64,000 nt of DNA. It comes from a virus (taxonomy: Duplodnaviria > Caudoviricetes). Below, in pieces: positions 1 to 11,300 of this stretch (positions within the stretch are counted from its first letter, which is position 1; each line of letters opens with the position of its first letter). Where the stretch lies: the IMG/VR virus record IMGVR_UViG_3300033069_001852. One strand, written 5' to 3'. The position numbers were made by a program, and so were the translations under genes. The notes below the pieces were generated by a model that was given only the letters and a program-made list of their open reading frames with translations, was not told the DNA's origin and searched no databases.

Positions 1-328
1 AAACGTTACTATTATTTTTTACTGACCAACCGGCGTCCCGGACCAGTTGTTGACTGGCACTAGCGCCATTGACTGCCGAACCCGTAAAATCCCAACCGTT
101 GACAAAGTCGAATTTTTTCTCCGTGATGGATATGAGCGGAAATGGATATCGAACTAAAGTATCATCGGTGCGCCACAACTCTTTACACTTGGAATAGATG
201 GCTTGAAGTGTCACGCCCTCATAGCCCAAGTTACCCGCGAGGTTGAGGCGAATCCGGCGACTCCCACTTTCAAAAGTTATTTCCGTATTTTTTACCAATA
301 AATCCGGATCGGTTATTTTTGATGGCAT
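1..328 (-). CDS. Partial phage protein, probably structural (runs off the left edge)
   Basis: Not in the ORF track; translated by hand from the ATG at 328 (MPSKITDPDLLVKNTEITF...GVTLQAIYSKCKELW...PFPLISIT) and open to position 2. ATATTTAT lies upstream at 351-358 (-). Confidence 0.75.
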   Translation of the reverse strand, partial: MPSKITDPDLLVKNTEITFESGSRRIRLNLAGNLGYEGVTLQAIYSKCKELWRTDDTLVRYPFPLISITEKKFDFVNGWDFTGSAVNGASASQQLVRDAGWSVKNNSNV

Positions 329-400
329 AATAGTGTTTTATTGATTATCTATAAATATGTGTTGGTCGCTATAAAAACGAACATTATCTAATTTTTATGG

Positions 401-3400
401 TTACTCCGGGTTTGAATAGTTCCGATCAATGGTCTGTTGAATTGGAATTTCCACATCGGTGTTGGTTAAAGTGTATGCGGTCCGTTGAAAGACATAACCT
501 AAGTTGTTGATAACAATAAACACAGGAGTATTTTGATAAAAATCATACGTATAGGTGTAGTCTCCGGTGGGGTAATCTGCTACGTAGCTCGCATCCAAAA
601 TGTAAGAGTCGGCTTCCCGGATTATGTCAACTTTTGAACCGGAAGTTACTCCTGTTAAAGTGATCGTGGGTCGAGATACAGGATAAAATGATCCGGTATC
701 AACGGTTGTAAATATTTGTAGTCCATCGATATACGAAGTCGCATTTGGTAATATGGCTCGGGAAGTTGCGGCCGTCTGGGAACAAGTCGCATAGGATAGG
801 TTATTGCTGCGGATGACTTCCGATCCGGAAAATGAGCCGGTGATATCCGCTAAAATCAAGGTTCCGGTCACGCCTAAATCTTCATCTGCGACAACCCGGG
901 CAATGGCATTGGTAATGGATCCTGTAATATAACGGTCTATAACAAATGGTAGGGCCTGGCTCGCATACCTTAATCCCGGCCGAGCCGTCAGCCGCACTCG
1001 CATATTGAAACCGCTTGTTGCGTCCACTACGCTTTCGGTTAAAGCGGGACCGATTTCAATCCAATCACCATAACCCGTTCCGGAATCGATTGCGACTTCT
1101 TTTAATAAGGAATAAGACGATGTGATCTGGTTTCCAAGCTCTGCGCCGCTAATAAAAGGGGAGTCCACTATAAAATCTCCAGGCAGTTTAAGTTCGGGTA
1201 AAAATCCACTGATTCCGTAGATTTTATATGGCCAAGTGTAGGTAATCGAACTTCCGGTTTCAAGGAAATATAATCTTCCTGTATTTGCGAACTGAACACT
1301 TCCTGTGATAGTGTAGGGTAGGGGGGAACGGGATGACGCATTGAAACAGAGATGTAATGATCCTGTATTGCTTTTCCAATCAAATTGATTAAAAATAATA
1401 TCGTAGACGGTTGTATAGGAGACACCCACCCCATCGGTTGTAGAACCTAACGCGTGAACCACGGCGTTCGTGGCAGGGCGTGCATTTGCCGCTGAAACAT
1501 TTTTTAGTTCAACCGCCAGGGGTGCGGTAGCTACATTACACAAAGGAATATCCGCGTTATTCGCATACACATTTTGCATTATTAAGCCCTGAGCATTGTT
1601 TACTCCCGTGACCAAATAGTTTGTGGACACATAATTTCTAAAACCACCAATGTTCCAATTGTGAATAAAATTGTCGTTGGATAAGACTGACACGTTAATT
1701 AAATTCGCGGCGGAATAATTGTAATCAATGTCAAAATTCAAAAAACGATTATTGGACGCCGCGTTAACTAACGTTAGGAATGTCAGACCAAAACCGGTAT
1801 TCTTGTATGGTTGTCTAAAACCATCAAAAACATTGTTGGCCGCATTATATAGATATATTGGTTGCGCAATCCCCCTGGCAACGGAATCCGCGATCAGAGT
1901 CTTCTTTTCAGGAACAAAATTAGAAGCAGTTCCACAATGTAATTCCCAGTGATGCGAACTTCCGACCAAACCACCGAACAATATTTCGGTGCCGCTACCT
2001 TGGGGGCCCCGACTCCACGTTCGGACGGAAGTCGGCATTTGATCTGCGACCGACTGGGAGACGGGAACCGTCGTAGTATTGTTGTGGGGATGGGCTACTA
2101 TTCCTGTATTTAATTGAGCTTGCGCCGCCCAAACTTTTGTATTGGTTGGAATAATGCCCCGGCCATAAATTCCCACGGATGCGGTGGTGGTAGTAAAGGT
2201 GGGAGTGAAGGGTAAAGTAAACCGGTTCCACCCCTGGGTTGCCACGCAGGACGCACTGGCCTTGGTCGCTCCAATTGAAGCCGAAAGGGACATGGATACA
2301 CTGGAAGTCAAGGCGGCTAAATATACTGAAAAAACATAGGGCGTGTTAGCGATAACGGACACCGACTGGGTGACGTAGCCCGCAGAATTGGTAAATAATA
2401 ATTGATCGCCGGATAAAACTGCGCTCGTACCAATCAAGGTATCATTTGGACATATCCTAGCGCCCGCCGTCACCGTGACATTGCTTTTAAACCACGTTGC
2501 GTTATCAAATACAGACGATTGTAATATTAGATTCGAAGAAGTGGGTGCGGCAAGGGGGATAAATATCTGCGGCGCGCTATCACTATAAACTCCTGAAGTG
2601 CTAAACTTTCTGAGTACATAGTAGTATGGTTGGCCATAAGTAAATCCGGTGCCGCCCAACAATGAGCCGGTGTCATTGAAAGTGACCGTGGCGACGGTTG
2701 AGGATGAATAAACCATCACGGCGGATGCGGTATCATCAAACGATTCCGTCTGCCGGAATATCTGATAACCTAATGACGGATCACGCCGAATCCAGACACA
2801 CGAAGCGGTTGTCGCCAGGGGGCCAGGTCCCGCGCCCGTGTTGATGGGGAAAACTCCGAAATAATCCGGATGATTCCTGGCATCCGCTCCGCTGGCGGTA
2901 TAGGGCGTTGCGGAGAATGGTCGGCTGTCAACATATTCGGAGCCCGTCTGGTAATAATAGGGTAAATCATTGTTCACCGATTCGGTGAATTGAGTATTAC
3001 GGAAGGAACGAAATTTATACCAATAAGGTTGACCCAGAACATACGGCGCATTGGTCAGAGGGTCAATGCCACGGCGCCAGTTGGAAGTAAAACCATAACT
3101 CCCTCCGTTATAACCCTGAGAATGAGTGATGGCAGTAAAAGTATTACCGATGCTGTTTTGAATATTGAAGGCTTCGCCCCCATACATTTCAAGATTGGTA
3201 AATTCTGAATCGTTGACGAAGTTTAGACATAAACCATAATCAAAGTTTTTCGGATTGAAAAAGTTAAAGGTTTTTAATTTATTTATGGTTAAATTGGTGG
3301 CATTATTAATATACACCGTTCCCGTGAAGGTCGCGGCGGTGGCTGTGTTTTGGTTGGAGGCCAGAGCCACTCTGCCGAAGTTCGCAACATACATCTTATT

Positions 3401-4405
3401 GATATTGGCGCCATTGATGTACGACCATATGATCCCACCCTGGGTGCCGCCCCAACGTTGATCCCGGGTGATCCAGCCGGAGGCTAAAGTAAAATAACGA
3501 CGCACAGGATGAGAAGCAAAGGCGACGTTGTCAATGGTCAATGAATAACATTCCGATATCGTGGGATATTCCGACCAGGCGCAGTTTTTCATTTCACAAA
3601 TTTGCGCCTGGGTAAAATTAGCCCACGCTTCATCAAACAATGCGGTATTACACCGAAACACGCCGCCGGCGGTATAGACAAAGTTACAGCTGGTCGCGCT
3701 GGTGGCGGTCTGTAAATTCAATGGCGTTACGTCGGTGAGTATTATGTTGGGAATCCGAATCCGGGACTCAGAAGGAAATACATTTCCGTTGCCATTACCA
3801 TCGCCGCAGGCTAAGGATGCGGTATACAATAATGGAAAACCACTTTCAATGGGCGATAAAGCACTGGCGGACCGGCTGCCGGTAAAATTGGTGGGGTAAG
3901 GTTCGTTGATAGTCGCCTGAGTGAAAAATTTCCCTGCGCTACCCGTCCACGCAAAGTCCAAATTCTTCTTAAAAAATTGTTGGGCTTCACCAACCGTCGT
4001 GGTTAAATTCATCCACGGTTCAAAATCATTTGAGCCAGATGCGGTCTCAACCCAGATTGCCGGCACGGAATCGGTGTAGGGGTTGATTATGGTTTGATAT
4101 GGCGTGCCGTCGCCATTATCCAAATATATCCAGCTACCCGTTATTTCGACAGAACCTAAACCTGATGTGGGGGTGATTGAATTGGCTGTCGCGCCGCTGC
4201 TCCGCCCCATCATAAAACGAATGGGGATTGTACTTGAAGTGTTTTGGATGAATAAGTTTCCGTTATTGATGGTGACGCTTTTCCAACATTTTATCTGCGA
4301 CGTATCTACGGTCACCACTGCGCCGTTATTGATAACCAAACTATCGAAGTTGGCAAATGCGACATTTGCCATATTTACACTTGATGTTATTGTTATTGTA
4401 GCCAT
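401..4405 (-). CDS. Large virion protein with beta-helix-like segments (tail spike/depolymerase-like)
   Basis: 1334 aa, T/S/N-rich. Pectin-lyase-like repeats (NNATNLTINK, NSIGNTF, ASNNRF) and a CBM-like segment (SNLILQSSVFDNATW). Lies in the fibre gene cluster. Confidence 0.55.
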   Translation of the reverse strand: MATITITSSVNMANVAFANFDSLVINNGAVVTVDTSQIKCWKSVTINNGNLFIQNTSSTIPIRFMMGRSSGATANSITPTSGLGSVEITGSWIYLDNGDGTPYQTIINPYTDSVPAIWVETASGSNDFEPWMNLTTTVGEAQQFFKKNLDFAWTGSAGKFFTQATINEPYPTNFTGSRSASALSPIESGFPLLYTASLACGDGNGNGNVFPSESRIRIPNIILTDVTPLNLQTATSATSCNFVYTAGGVFRCNTALFDEAWANFTQAQICEMKNCAWSEYPTISECYSLTIDNVAFASHPVRRYFTLASGWITRDQRWGGTQGGIIWSYINGANINKMYVANFGRVALASNQNTATAATFTGTVYINNATNLTINKLKTFNFFNPKNFDYGLCLNFVNDSEFTNLEMYGGEAFNIQNSIGNTFTAITHSQGYNGGSYGFTSNWRRGIDPLTNAPYVLGQPYWYKFRSFRNTQFTESVNNDLPYYYQTGSEYVDSRPFSATPYTASGADARNHPDYFGVFPINTGAGPGPLATTASCVWIRRDPSLGYQIFRQTESFDDTASAVMVYSSSTVATVTFNDTGSLLGGTGFTYGQPYYYVLRKFSTSGVYSDSAPQIFIPLAAPTSSNLILQSSVFDNATWFKSNVTVTAGARICPNDTLIGTSAVLSGDQLLFTNSAGYVTQSVSVIANTPYVFSVYLAALTSSVSMSLSASIGATKASASCVATQGWNRFTLPFTPTFTTTTASVGIYGRGIIPTNTKVWAAQAQLNTGIVAHPHNNTTTVPVSQSVADQMPTSVRTWSRGPQGSGTEILFGGLVGSSHHWELHCGTASNFVPEKKTLIADSVARGIAQPIYLYNAANNVFDGFRQPYKNTGFGLTFLTLVNAASNNRFLNFDIDYNYSAANLINVSVLSNDNFIHNWNIGGFRNYVSTNYLVTGVNNAQGLIMQNVYANNADIPLCNVATAPLAVELKNVSAANARPATNAVVHALGSTTDGVGVSYTTVYDIIFNQFDWKSNTGSLHLCFNASSRSPLPYTITGSVQFANTGRLYFLETGSSITYTWPYKIYGISGFLPELKLPGDFIVDSPFISGAELGNQITSSYSLLKEVAIDSGTGYGDWIEIGPALTESVVDATSGFNMRVRLTARPGLRYASQALPFVIDRYITGSITNAIARVVADEDLGVTGTLILADITGSFSGSEVIRSNNLSYATCSQTAATSRAILPNATSYIDGLQIFTTVDTGSFYPVSRPTITLTGVTSGSKVDIIREADSYILDASYVADYPTGDYTYTYDFYQNTPVFIVINNLGYVFQRTAYTLTNTDVEIPIQQTIDRNYSNPE

Positions 4406-4421
4406 ATTATATTAATAAGTA

Positions 4422-5360
4422 TCATCCTAATGACTTGGAGACGCCTGCGAACATAGAACCGGAGTATAATACCGTTACGACACAGACCGTGGTCCCAAAC
4501 TGACCCCCAAGTTTATAAGTACAATCGGATATCTGATTGAGTGGCCCGGCGTAAGTGACATTGGAATAATCGTAGGGTGGGAGGGCCAGACCACTACTAC
4601 CTCCGTTCAACGCATAAGAGGCAGTCGTCGCATAGGAAGCGGAGGTGGCTTGAGTTGCGTTGGAAATTGAACCACTAAAATAACTTGCGGTCAATGCGAC
4701 GGATGCGGTGATATTCCAGGTCGAACCCGAAGTAATGACTGCGCCTCCCGAGCCGCCTCCGTTTAACGCATAGGAAGCGGTCAGGGCATAACTCGCGGTT
4801 TGGGCCGTGATCGTAATGGAAGCAGTATCCGCCCAGGACGCAGTAATGGGATATTTTGATCCCGTATTAAGGGTTGTGCCTCCAGGGCTGCTATTTAAAG
4901 CGTAAGATGCGGTCCGGGAATAGGATGCGCTCAACGCATCTACTGACAATGAGGCCGTTTCGGCAAAAGTTGCGCTGAGCGCATAAGACGCGGTATCCGT
5001 AAAAATTGATGTGAGGGCAAGCGGCGCATACTCCGCATAGGATGCGCTATTTGCGACGGAGACATAAGAAGCCGTCCGAGCATAAGAACTGGAAAGGGCA
5101 GCTAAAGAAGCAGAGGCCCATGAGGAAGAGTATTGATAGTAATTGATGACGGCGGAGACGGATGCGCTGGCGACCGTCATTGAGGCGGTAACATCACTAG
5201 TTATTACTGAGTTGCCCGCGGAGCTCGAAGGAATATAAAATACTACATTGCCCAGACCATCCAAGACATAAAGATCCGTGGCCTGAACATATTGTTGTAA
5301 TACATCCTGGTACGAGCGGCTTATGAATTGGTTTGTGAGGTCACGGGACAGAAATCTCAT
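4422..5360 (-). CDS. (S/T)ASYA-repeat fibre-like protein
   Basis: 312 aa with the TASYALNGG and GSKYPITASWA repeats also found in the two giant fibre genes. Confidence 0.65.
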   Translation of the reverse strand: MRFLSRDLTNQFISRSYQDVLQQYVQATDLYVLDGLGNVVFYIPSSSAGNSVITSDVTASMTVASASVSAVINYYQYSSSWASASLAALSSSYARTASYVSVANSASYAEYAPLALTSIFTDTASYALSATFAETASLSVDALSASYSRTASYALNSSPGGTTLNTGSKYPITASWADTASITITAQTASYALTASYALNGGGSGGAVITSGSTWNITASVALTASYFSGSISNATQATSASYATTASYALNGGSSGLALPPYDYSNVTYAGPLNQISDCTYKLGGQFGTTVCVVTVLYSGSMFAGVSKSLG

Positions 5361-5372
5361 ACCTTATAACTA

Positions 5373-5945
5373 TTACGTAATCAAGGATGCCACTTCTTTT
5401 ATCAATTGGTTTTGTCGCTTTGGATCGGAGATTTTGTTAATGCGGAAGTATTCTTTGATAACTTGTTTGAAATTGTTTCGTTTGGAGGTGGCTAGATTTG
5501 AACGATTGATGCCGAATTTGTTCAATACGGTGGTAATTTCAAAAAGCAAACTATCGTTCGGACGGGGTTTTGAACTTACGGGAACGGATACTTTCGGAGG
5601 GGAGATGGAAAGCGTGGGTTTCGTTGGAGTCGTCTGTTCTTTGACTTGGACTTTTAACTGAGTGTGTTCTTCAACGATAAAGTCGTCTTGCCACGGTCGA
5701 AAATAGGTGTCTTCAACTACCACTTCAAGATGTATCTTTCCGGTTACACTTTCCTCTAACAAGCCCCGCAGCCGTTTAATTGGCACGATACATTTGCCAT
5801 TTTTCAATTCTCCACGGAACATCAAATTTAAGCCATCCTGGGCTTCCACGATAATACGGGCAAAAGCATCCTTCAGTGATGCGTTTTTTATTTGAACCGC
5901 ACACTCAAATGTCTCTGCTTTGTCAGTATAAAGTTTGTAAGCCAT
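5373..5945 (-). CDS. Hypothetical protein
   Basis: 190 aa ORF tightly packed and co-oriented with its neighbours. Confidence 0.75.
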   Translation of the reverse strand: MAYKLYTDKAETFECAVQIKNASLKDAFARIIVEAQDGLNLMFRGELKNGKCIVPIKRLRGLLEESVTGKIHLEVVVEDTYFRPWQDDFIVEEHTQLKVQVKEQTTPTKPTLSISPPKVSVPVSSKPRPNDSLLFEITTVLNKFGINRSNLATSKRNNFKQVIKEYFRINKISDPKRQNQLIKEVASLIT

Positions 5946-5946
5946 A

Positions 5947-6270
5947 TTATTCCTCTGCTATAGTTATATCAATTCCCGCTACCGCTTTAATTACCAGTTC
6001 CACGTCTCTGGCATTAACCACGATATCCGTTTTTACTTCTTTCGTCTCATCGTAGCGTGAACCGTCCTTAATCTTACATAACAAGCGAATAAATCGCTTT
6101 TTTTTCTCATTTTCTTCGGCTGGGGTATTAAGCCAATCCGGAAGAAACGGCTTTGCGGAACTTCCAAACCCTTGAATAATGTCCTCTACTAACTGACATT
6201 CACTCCAGGTCCAGTTTGCTAAATCCCACGAAATATCACAATTACCCCAACGGTAACAAAACAAAGCCAT
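5947..6270 (-). CDS. Hypothetical protein
   Basis: 107 aa, first gene of a leftward unit; motif variant CTATTTAT at 6279-6286 (-). Confidence 0.7.
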   Translation of the reverse strand: MALFCYRWGNCDISWDLANWTWSECQLVEDIIQGFGSSAKPFLPDWLNTPAEENEKKKRFIRLLCKIKDGSRYDETKEVKTDIVVNARDVELVIKAVAGIDITIAEE

Positions 6271-6404
6271 ACAATGTAATAAATAGACGGATTACGAATT
6301 AAAATCCAATTTCTCTCTATTACCGAGCAGAGATATTTTGCGTTTACGCATTTCCGCTATGGAATGCTTTTTTAATTGATATTTATAACTGACCCATTTT
6401 CCTT

Positions 6405-7256
6405 ATGAAGACAACCAAAAAACAATTTCACCGCTTGCTTCAAGAAGTCGTAACGGAAGTTATTAGCGAAACCAAACCTTTATTAAATGAAGCCCTTTCT
6501 GCCGTTGTCGCCAAACGGCCGCAGGAAAGTATCGCAGAAGCCCCCCAAAAAAATCTTCCTGGTTCGGAGCCAGACAAGTGGAAAGCTATTTCCGGAGCCA
6601 ATCCATCAAAGCCTGTGAGTAATGACATCCAACAATTTGCTAAAGAATTATTGGAGAAAATTACAGACCGGCAGAGGAAAAAAGGATTTGATGATATGAA
6701 TCTCGGGAACGCTATTCTTGATATGATTAAATTTAAAATGAGCAAGGAGGGTTGGTCAAAAGGCCAATCAGACACCGACGCTCTTCAAGCCAGACGGAAT
6801 GCCGGCGATCCACGGGAAAGCATATCGGAGGGTATGGATGGAGAGAAAGAAGAAAGAATTAGGGCCGAGATGCGAAAATTGCTAAGCCACACTTTTCAGG
6901 AACCATTACTCTCCAAAGCTATAGACGATGCTATCCAGGCTATAAAGGACTCATTGGGCAAAACGAACGAACCATATAAATCTTCAAGTAATTCGGATAT
7001 TATGAAAATGAAGAAGGGATTGGGGTTTGATGTTAAAGATGTACGTGAAGATAGACGAAAAGAGGCTAATGATAAGTTGGAATTTGAAAAATGGCTAAAA
7101 CAGTTTAATCCTGGATTGACTCCGGATAATATTGCTTATGATATTGCGTTTGAGGCTTGGAAGGCGGGAAAAGCAGTTGGTTACAAATCAATTCAAATCA
7201 ATCCCAACTGGATAAAAGAATCCTCCACCGATTTAAATAATTATCAGAAAAAATGA
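6405..7256 (+). CDS. Hypothetical charged protein, possible internal head protein
   Basis: 283 aa; N-terminus MKTTKKQFHRLLQEVVTEVISE; several (L/I/V)-x-E sites; ATATTTAT at 6379-6386. Confidence 0.7.
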   Translation: MKTTKKQFHRLLQEVVTEVISETKPLLNEALSAVVAKRPQESIAEAPQKNLPGSEPDKWKAISGANPSKPVSNDIQQFAKELLEKITDRQRKKGFDDMNLGNAILDMIKFKMSKEGWSKGQSDTDALQARRNAGDPRESISEGMDGEKEERIRAEMRKLLSHTFQEPLLSKAIDDAIQAIKDSLGKTNEPYKSSSNSDIMKMKKGLGFDVKDVREDRRKEANDKLEFEKWLKQFNPGLTPDNIAYDIAFEAWKAGKAVGYKSIQINPNWIKESSTDLNNYQKK

Positions 7257-7876
7257 TTCAACTCACCAACATTTTAAAAGAAGTCTACTTTAATGGCTTT
7301 ACCGTCTCTGAAGCAGCGTCAGAGTTTAGTCGGCCTGAGAATTTCTATAAATACGCAGAAGGTAAGGGTTGGACAGCTTGGCGAGGCGGTAATAACAATG
7401 AAAATGGTTCCACCGCTGCGGCCATCGTTTTTGAGGGTGAGAACAAGAGTCGGATGTGGTTTAAAATCAAATATCCTGATAAACTATCTGAGTTTGTAGG
7501 GAGTTCGGTGTCAGAGAACCAACACGACTATAAGCGCGTTTATCGAGCGGGCAAACGAATTACTAATAAATGGATAAAAGAGGCTTATCGGATTAGAAAA
7601 ACCCCACGTAATTACTCTCCGGACGGGAAACCGATAAAACGCGGATGGCAGGAATGCTTTCAAATGGCTCTGGAGGCGGAGGGATTAAAACCCTATGTGG
7701 AGTCGACCGGCGTCGATTATACCAAATGGCACTCTATGAAAAAAACTTCGGATACTAATTCGGAGGAGAATGACCAAGACACCGATGAAACCGAAGCGAA
7801 TTTTCATAACAAATATGACGCCGAACCGAGCCAGCGGTCTGGATTGTCTTATACCCATTTACCGGATGATAGATGA
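7253..7876 (+). CDS. Hypothetical protein with leader MIQLTNILKE; paralog of 7873-8370
   Basis: ATGA overlap with the upstream gene; shares RxWxxIK...W.ECF..AL.....PY with the next ORF. Confidence 0.75.
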   Translation: MIQLTNILKEVYFNGFTVSEAASEFSRPENFYKYAEGKGWTAWRGGNNNENGSTAAAIVFEGENKSRMWFKIKYPDKLSEFVGSSVSENQHDYKRVYRAGKRITNKWIKEAYRIRKTPRNYSPDGKPIKRGWQECFQMALEAEGLKPYVESTGVDYTKWHSMKKTSDTNSEENDQDTDETEANFHNKYDAEPSQRSGLSYTHLPDDR

Positions 7877-8370
7877 TGATAAAGCTTAAACCATTATTGA
7901 ACGAGTTGTGGTCTCCCGGCGCCTTAACCAACGGCGACGACGAATTGCGTTCTTATCCTTCCGAAACCGTGACTAAACAGGGGGCCCCCGAATGGTTCAT
8001 GGCGCATGGGACTAATGATTGGCACAATAAAAAAGCATATTGCTCCGCATATATCACCGAGACCGGCGGTAAACCAATGCGCATTTGGGTGGAGATTAAA
8101 ACTCGTGGTCTACGCAAACCCAATGATACGCATAGTTCTCATCACGAACGTGTCCGTAAAGCCATTGCGAAAGTATCCCGGGCCTGGTCCGGTGAAGCTA
8201 AGCGTTTAAAAAAGGAAGTCCGCCTTTCAGAAATTGGCAATCGAAGTTATCCCACCTGGAAAGAATGTTTCGTTCAAGCCTTGAAGAGTCAAAAAGTTGC
8301 GCCCTACATCACCGCACAGGGCACGGACGAGGCTGCGATGGATCCCGTCAATTTTACTCCCCGGAGTTAA
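7873..8370 (+). CDS. Hypothetical protein with leader MIKLKPLLNE; paralog of 7253-7876
   Basis: ATGA overlap; RIWVEIK...WKECFVQAL...APY. Confidence 0.75.
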   Translation: MMIKLKPLLNELWSPGALTNGDDELRSYPSETVTKQGAPEWFMAHGTNDWHNKKAYCSAYITETGGKPMRIWVEIKTRGLRKPNDTHSSHHERVRKAIAKVSRAWSGEAKRLKKEVRLSEIGNRSYPTWKECFVQALKSQKVAPYITAQGTDEAAMDPVNFTPRS

Positions 8371-11300
8371 GGCGTGGTAAAAGCAAAAGTGGCATGTACC
8401 CGGACCGCATTCGGGTCGGTTACAAAAGTGGGCGTGACGATCTTCAGCGCAATCCAATCCCCCTGACTCACTGAATATGATCCACTGGCGCTGGCCGTTA
8501 AAAAGGCTGTGCTCCAACTAGCCGAAACCGACAGGCTACCTGTGCCATTAATGTTGGCTTCGTGGTGAACCGATTCGGTGGAACCAAGGGTACCCGTTAC
8601 TAGCACTTTAACTAACATCTGGCGCAACGTGCCGTTAAACGGAATATACATTTTTGCGTTATTGTAAGTCCCGGTCCGATCATCATACCAACCGTAATAT
8701 GCCACCGTGTTATCTGTCACGGTCCATCCCGCCTTGGGGTGCATCGTGTGCATGTATTGCCACGTTGGAGCGTAAGAAGATGAAAGAGAATATGAACTTG
8801 ACGTGGATGTCCCTGTTAAATCTCCAATGAAAACTGAAGCTTTAAACGAACCCGTTGAAGGATTGAAGGAATAGAGGCTTGTACCTCCTCCGTTCCTTGC
8901 CAAGTTTCTGCTGGTACCGGAATCGAAAACGACACCATATTCGGTGTTATCATTACCGATGTCGGTTATCGTAATTGCGCTGGAAGTTTTTGCCCACGAG
9001 GCCGTTATTGGATATAAACTACCGGTGCTTAGTGAGGTAGCCGAACTACCTCCGTTGAGAGCATACGACGAGGTCAACGCATAACTCGCAGAGATATTTG
9101 TACCGCCCCCAACACTCCCCGACACGCCGTAGGTGCCGATGATCTTGGTGCCGTCAACCGAGCGCAACCAAACCACGGCGACGGTGCCTGCCGCAATCGA
9201 AGTCGGCCAGCCTGTGCCAATGTTCAACCAGCTGTTGGGGAAAGTTAAGGAACTGGACCCCGCAGATGAATTGGAAATAAACAATGCCGTATCGGCAATC
9301 TGACCACTACCCGCCAAGTTGCTATGGGTAAAGTTATAAATAGCGGCATTGGTTAAATTGACCTGTTGATTGGCGGTACTGAAACTTGCCGTAACCCATT
9401 TCAGGGAACTGGTGGTTAACAGGGTGAAAGGTTGATAGGAGGTTACCAAGCTTGCCGTGCTGGCATTGGTCGCATACGAAGCCGACACACTGGGACTGCC
9501 CGGTGCGTAAGACGCCGATAAGGCCGTTAATGCGTAGGACGCACTGACACTTACACTGCCTGAAACACTGAACGAACCAATGATTAAATCATTATTAAGT
9601 GACCGCAGCCATAAGACTCCGACGGCATTGGCCGCAATGGTAGTGGGCCAGCCGGAACCAATGTTTTTCCAGTTGCTGGGAAATACAAGGGAACTGGAAT
9701 TAGCCGCTGAGTTGGAAATGAACAGAGCAATATCCGCCACTTGATTGGTGGAGGCTAAATCACTAGCTGTAAAATTATAGGTCGCGGGATTGACCAGATT
9801 GACCAGCTGACTTGGGTTAGTGAAACTACAGGTAATCCAGTTGCCCGAACCCGTGGTTAAAGTGGTGTTGAACTGATAAGGATTAACACTGGAAGCCGTC
9901 AACGCAATACTTGCTGATAGAGCAAATGATCCTGTGCCTTTGAATAATGACGCCGTGATGACCGAACAGGAAATGTTACCCACGACATCCAGCGTATTAA
10001 CCGCAGTTGTACCTCCGATGGTCACCTTGACGGAATCTGCTCCGGTTCCACCAATGACAGCGGTACGACTGGCGCCGACTTTCGCATTGTATCCCAGAGC
10101 AATTGAACGGGTGATTGACAGAGAGGAACTAACCGCATCGGCATTGGTTCCAATCAAAATGGCATAGCTGCTGGTTGGCGCATCGTAACCGGCGTGATAA
10201 CCCACCATTACGGAATTGCCGGCGTTGGTGGCATTGTAACCCGCTCCCGAACCAACTTGAACCGCAGAACCAGCGTTGGTGGAATTCTTAGCGGCATCGT
10301 GCCCGATCTGAACGGCTTGCGATGCGGTGGTTGAATTGCCCGCGGCTTCATTACCGATCTGGACAGCTAAGTCTGAGACGGTGGAAGTTTTGCCCGCCCA
10401 GAACCCAATCTTGACGGCTTGATTTCCATTAACGGTATCTTTGCCCGCTTCATAACCAATCGCAACTTCACCCGAAGATGATACCGTATTGGCATTAACC
10501 CCGTAACCGATCTGAACATTGATGTTGGATTGTTGAGTCTTGGGAATCCCGAACCCGATTTGAACGGAACTGGTATTGATGCTGCCTTGGTGATAACCGC
10601 CGATTGCCATACCACCTGAAGCACTGATAGCGTTCAAGGCCCAACTGGCGGTGATGGGATACAGGCTGCCTGTGCTTAAAGTCGTTCCTGAACCACCATT
10701 CAATACGTACGAAGCGGTCAACGCATAGGACGCGCTTAATGAACTAGAGGCGTAACTTGAGCTTACAGCATTTAAAGAATTAGTTGCCCACAAGCTTTGT
10801 GTGGAGAAAACAGATTGACTGGAATAAACCGAAAAGGCGGATGAAATGGAAGTGAATGAAAAACTGGAAGTAAACGCATAGGACGCCGTGCGCGCATAGC
10901 TTGAGCTTAGCGCATACGAAGCCGAAAGCGCATATGATGCGGAAAGCGCATTAGCGGCTGAGCCAGTTAAGTCACCAATGAAAACCAGGGCTTTAAATGA
11001 GCCAGTTAAGGGATTGAAAGAGAAGATGCTTGTGCCGCCGCCGTTGCGCACTAAGTTGCTGCCCCCGCCATCAAACACGACCCCATAGTCAGTGTTGGGG
11101 TTTCCTATGTCAGTGACGATAACTGCGCTAGCAGTTTTAGCCCAGGAAGAAGTTACCGGATATAAGCTTCCTGTGCTTAAAGTCGTTCCTGAATTCGGAG
11201 CATAAGAAGCGGAAATTGCCATACTGGCGGTAATCGGATACAGGCTGCCTGTGCCGATTGTGCCTTGCTTATTATTAAGCGCCGTGACAATGGAACTGGA

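Noticed and set aside
6348-6373. Hairpin plus T-run between divergent genes
   Set aside because: No upstream plus-strand gene for it to terminate, and the stem is imperfect.
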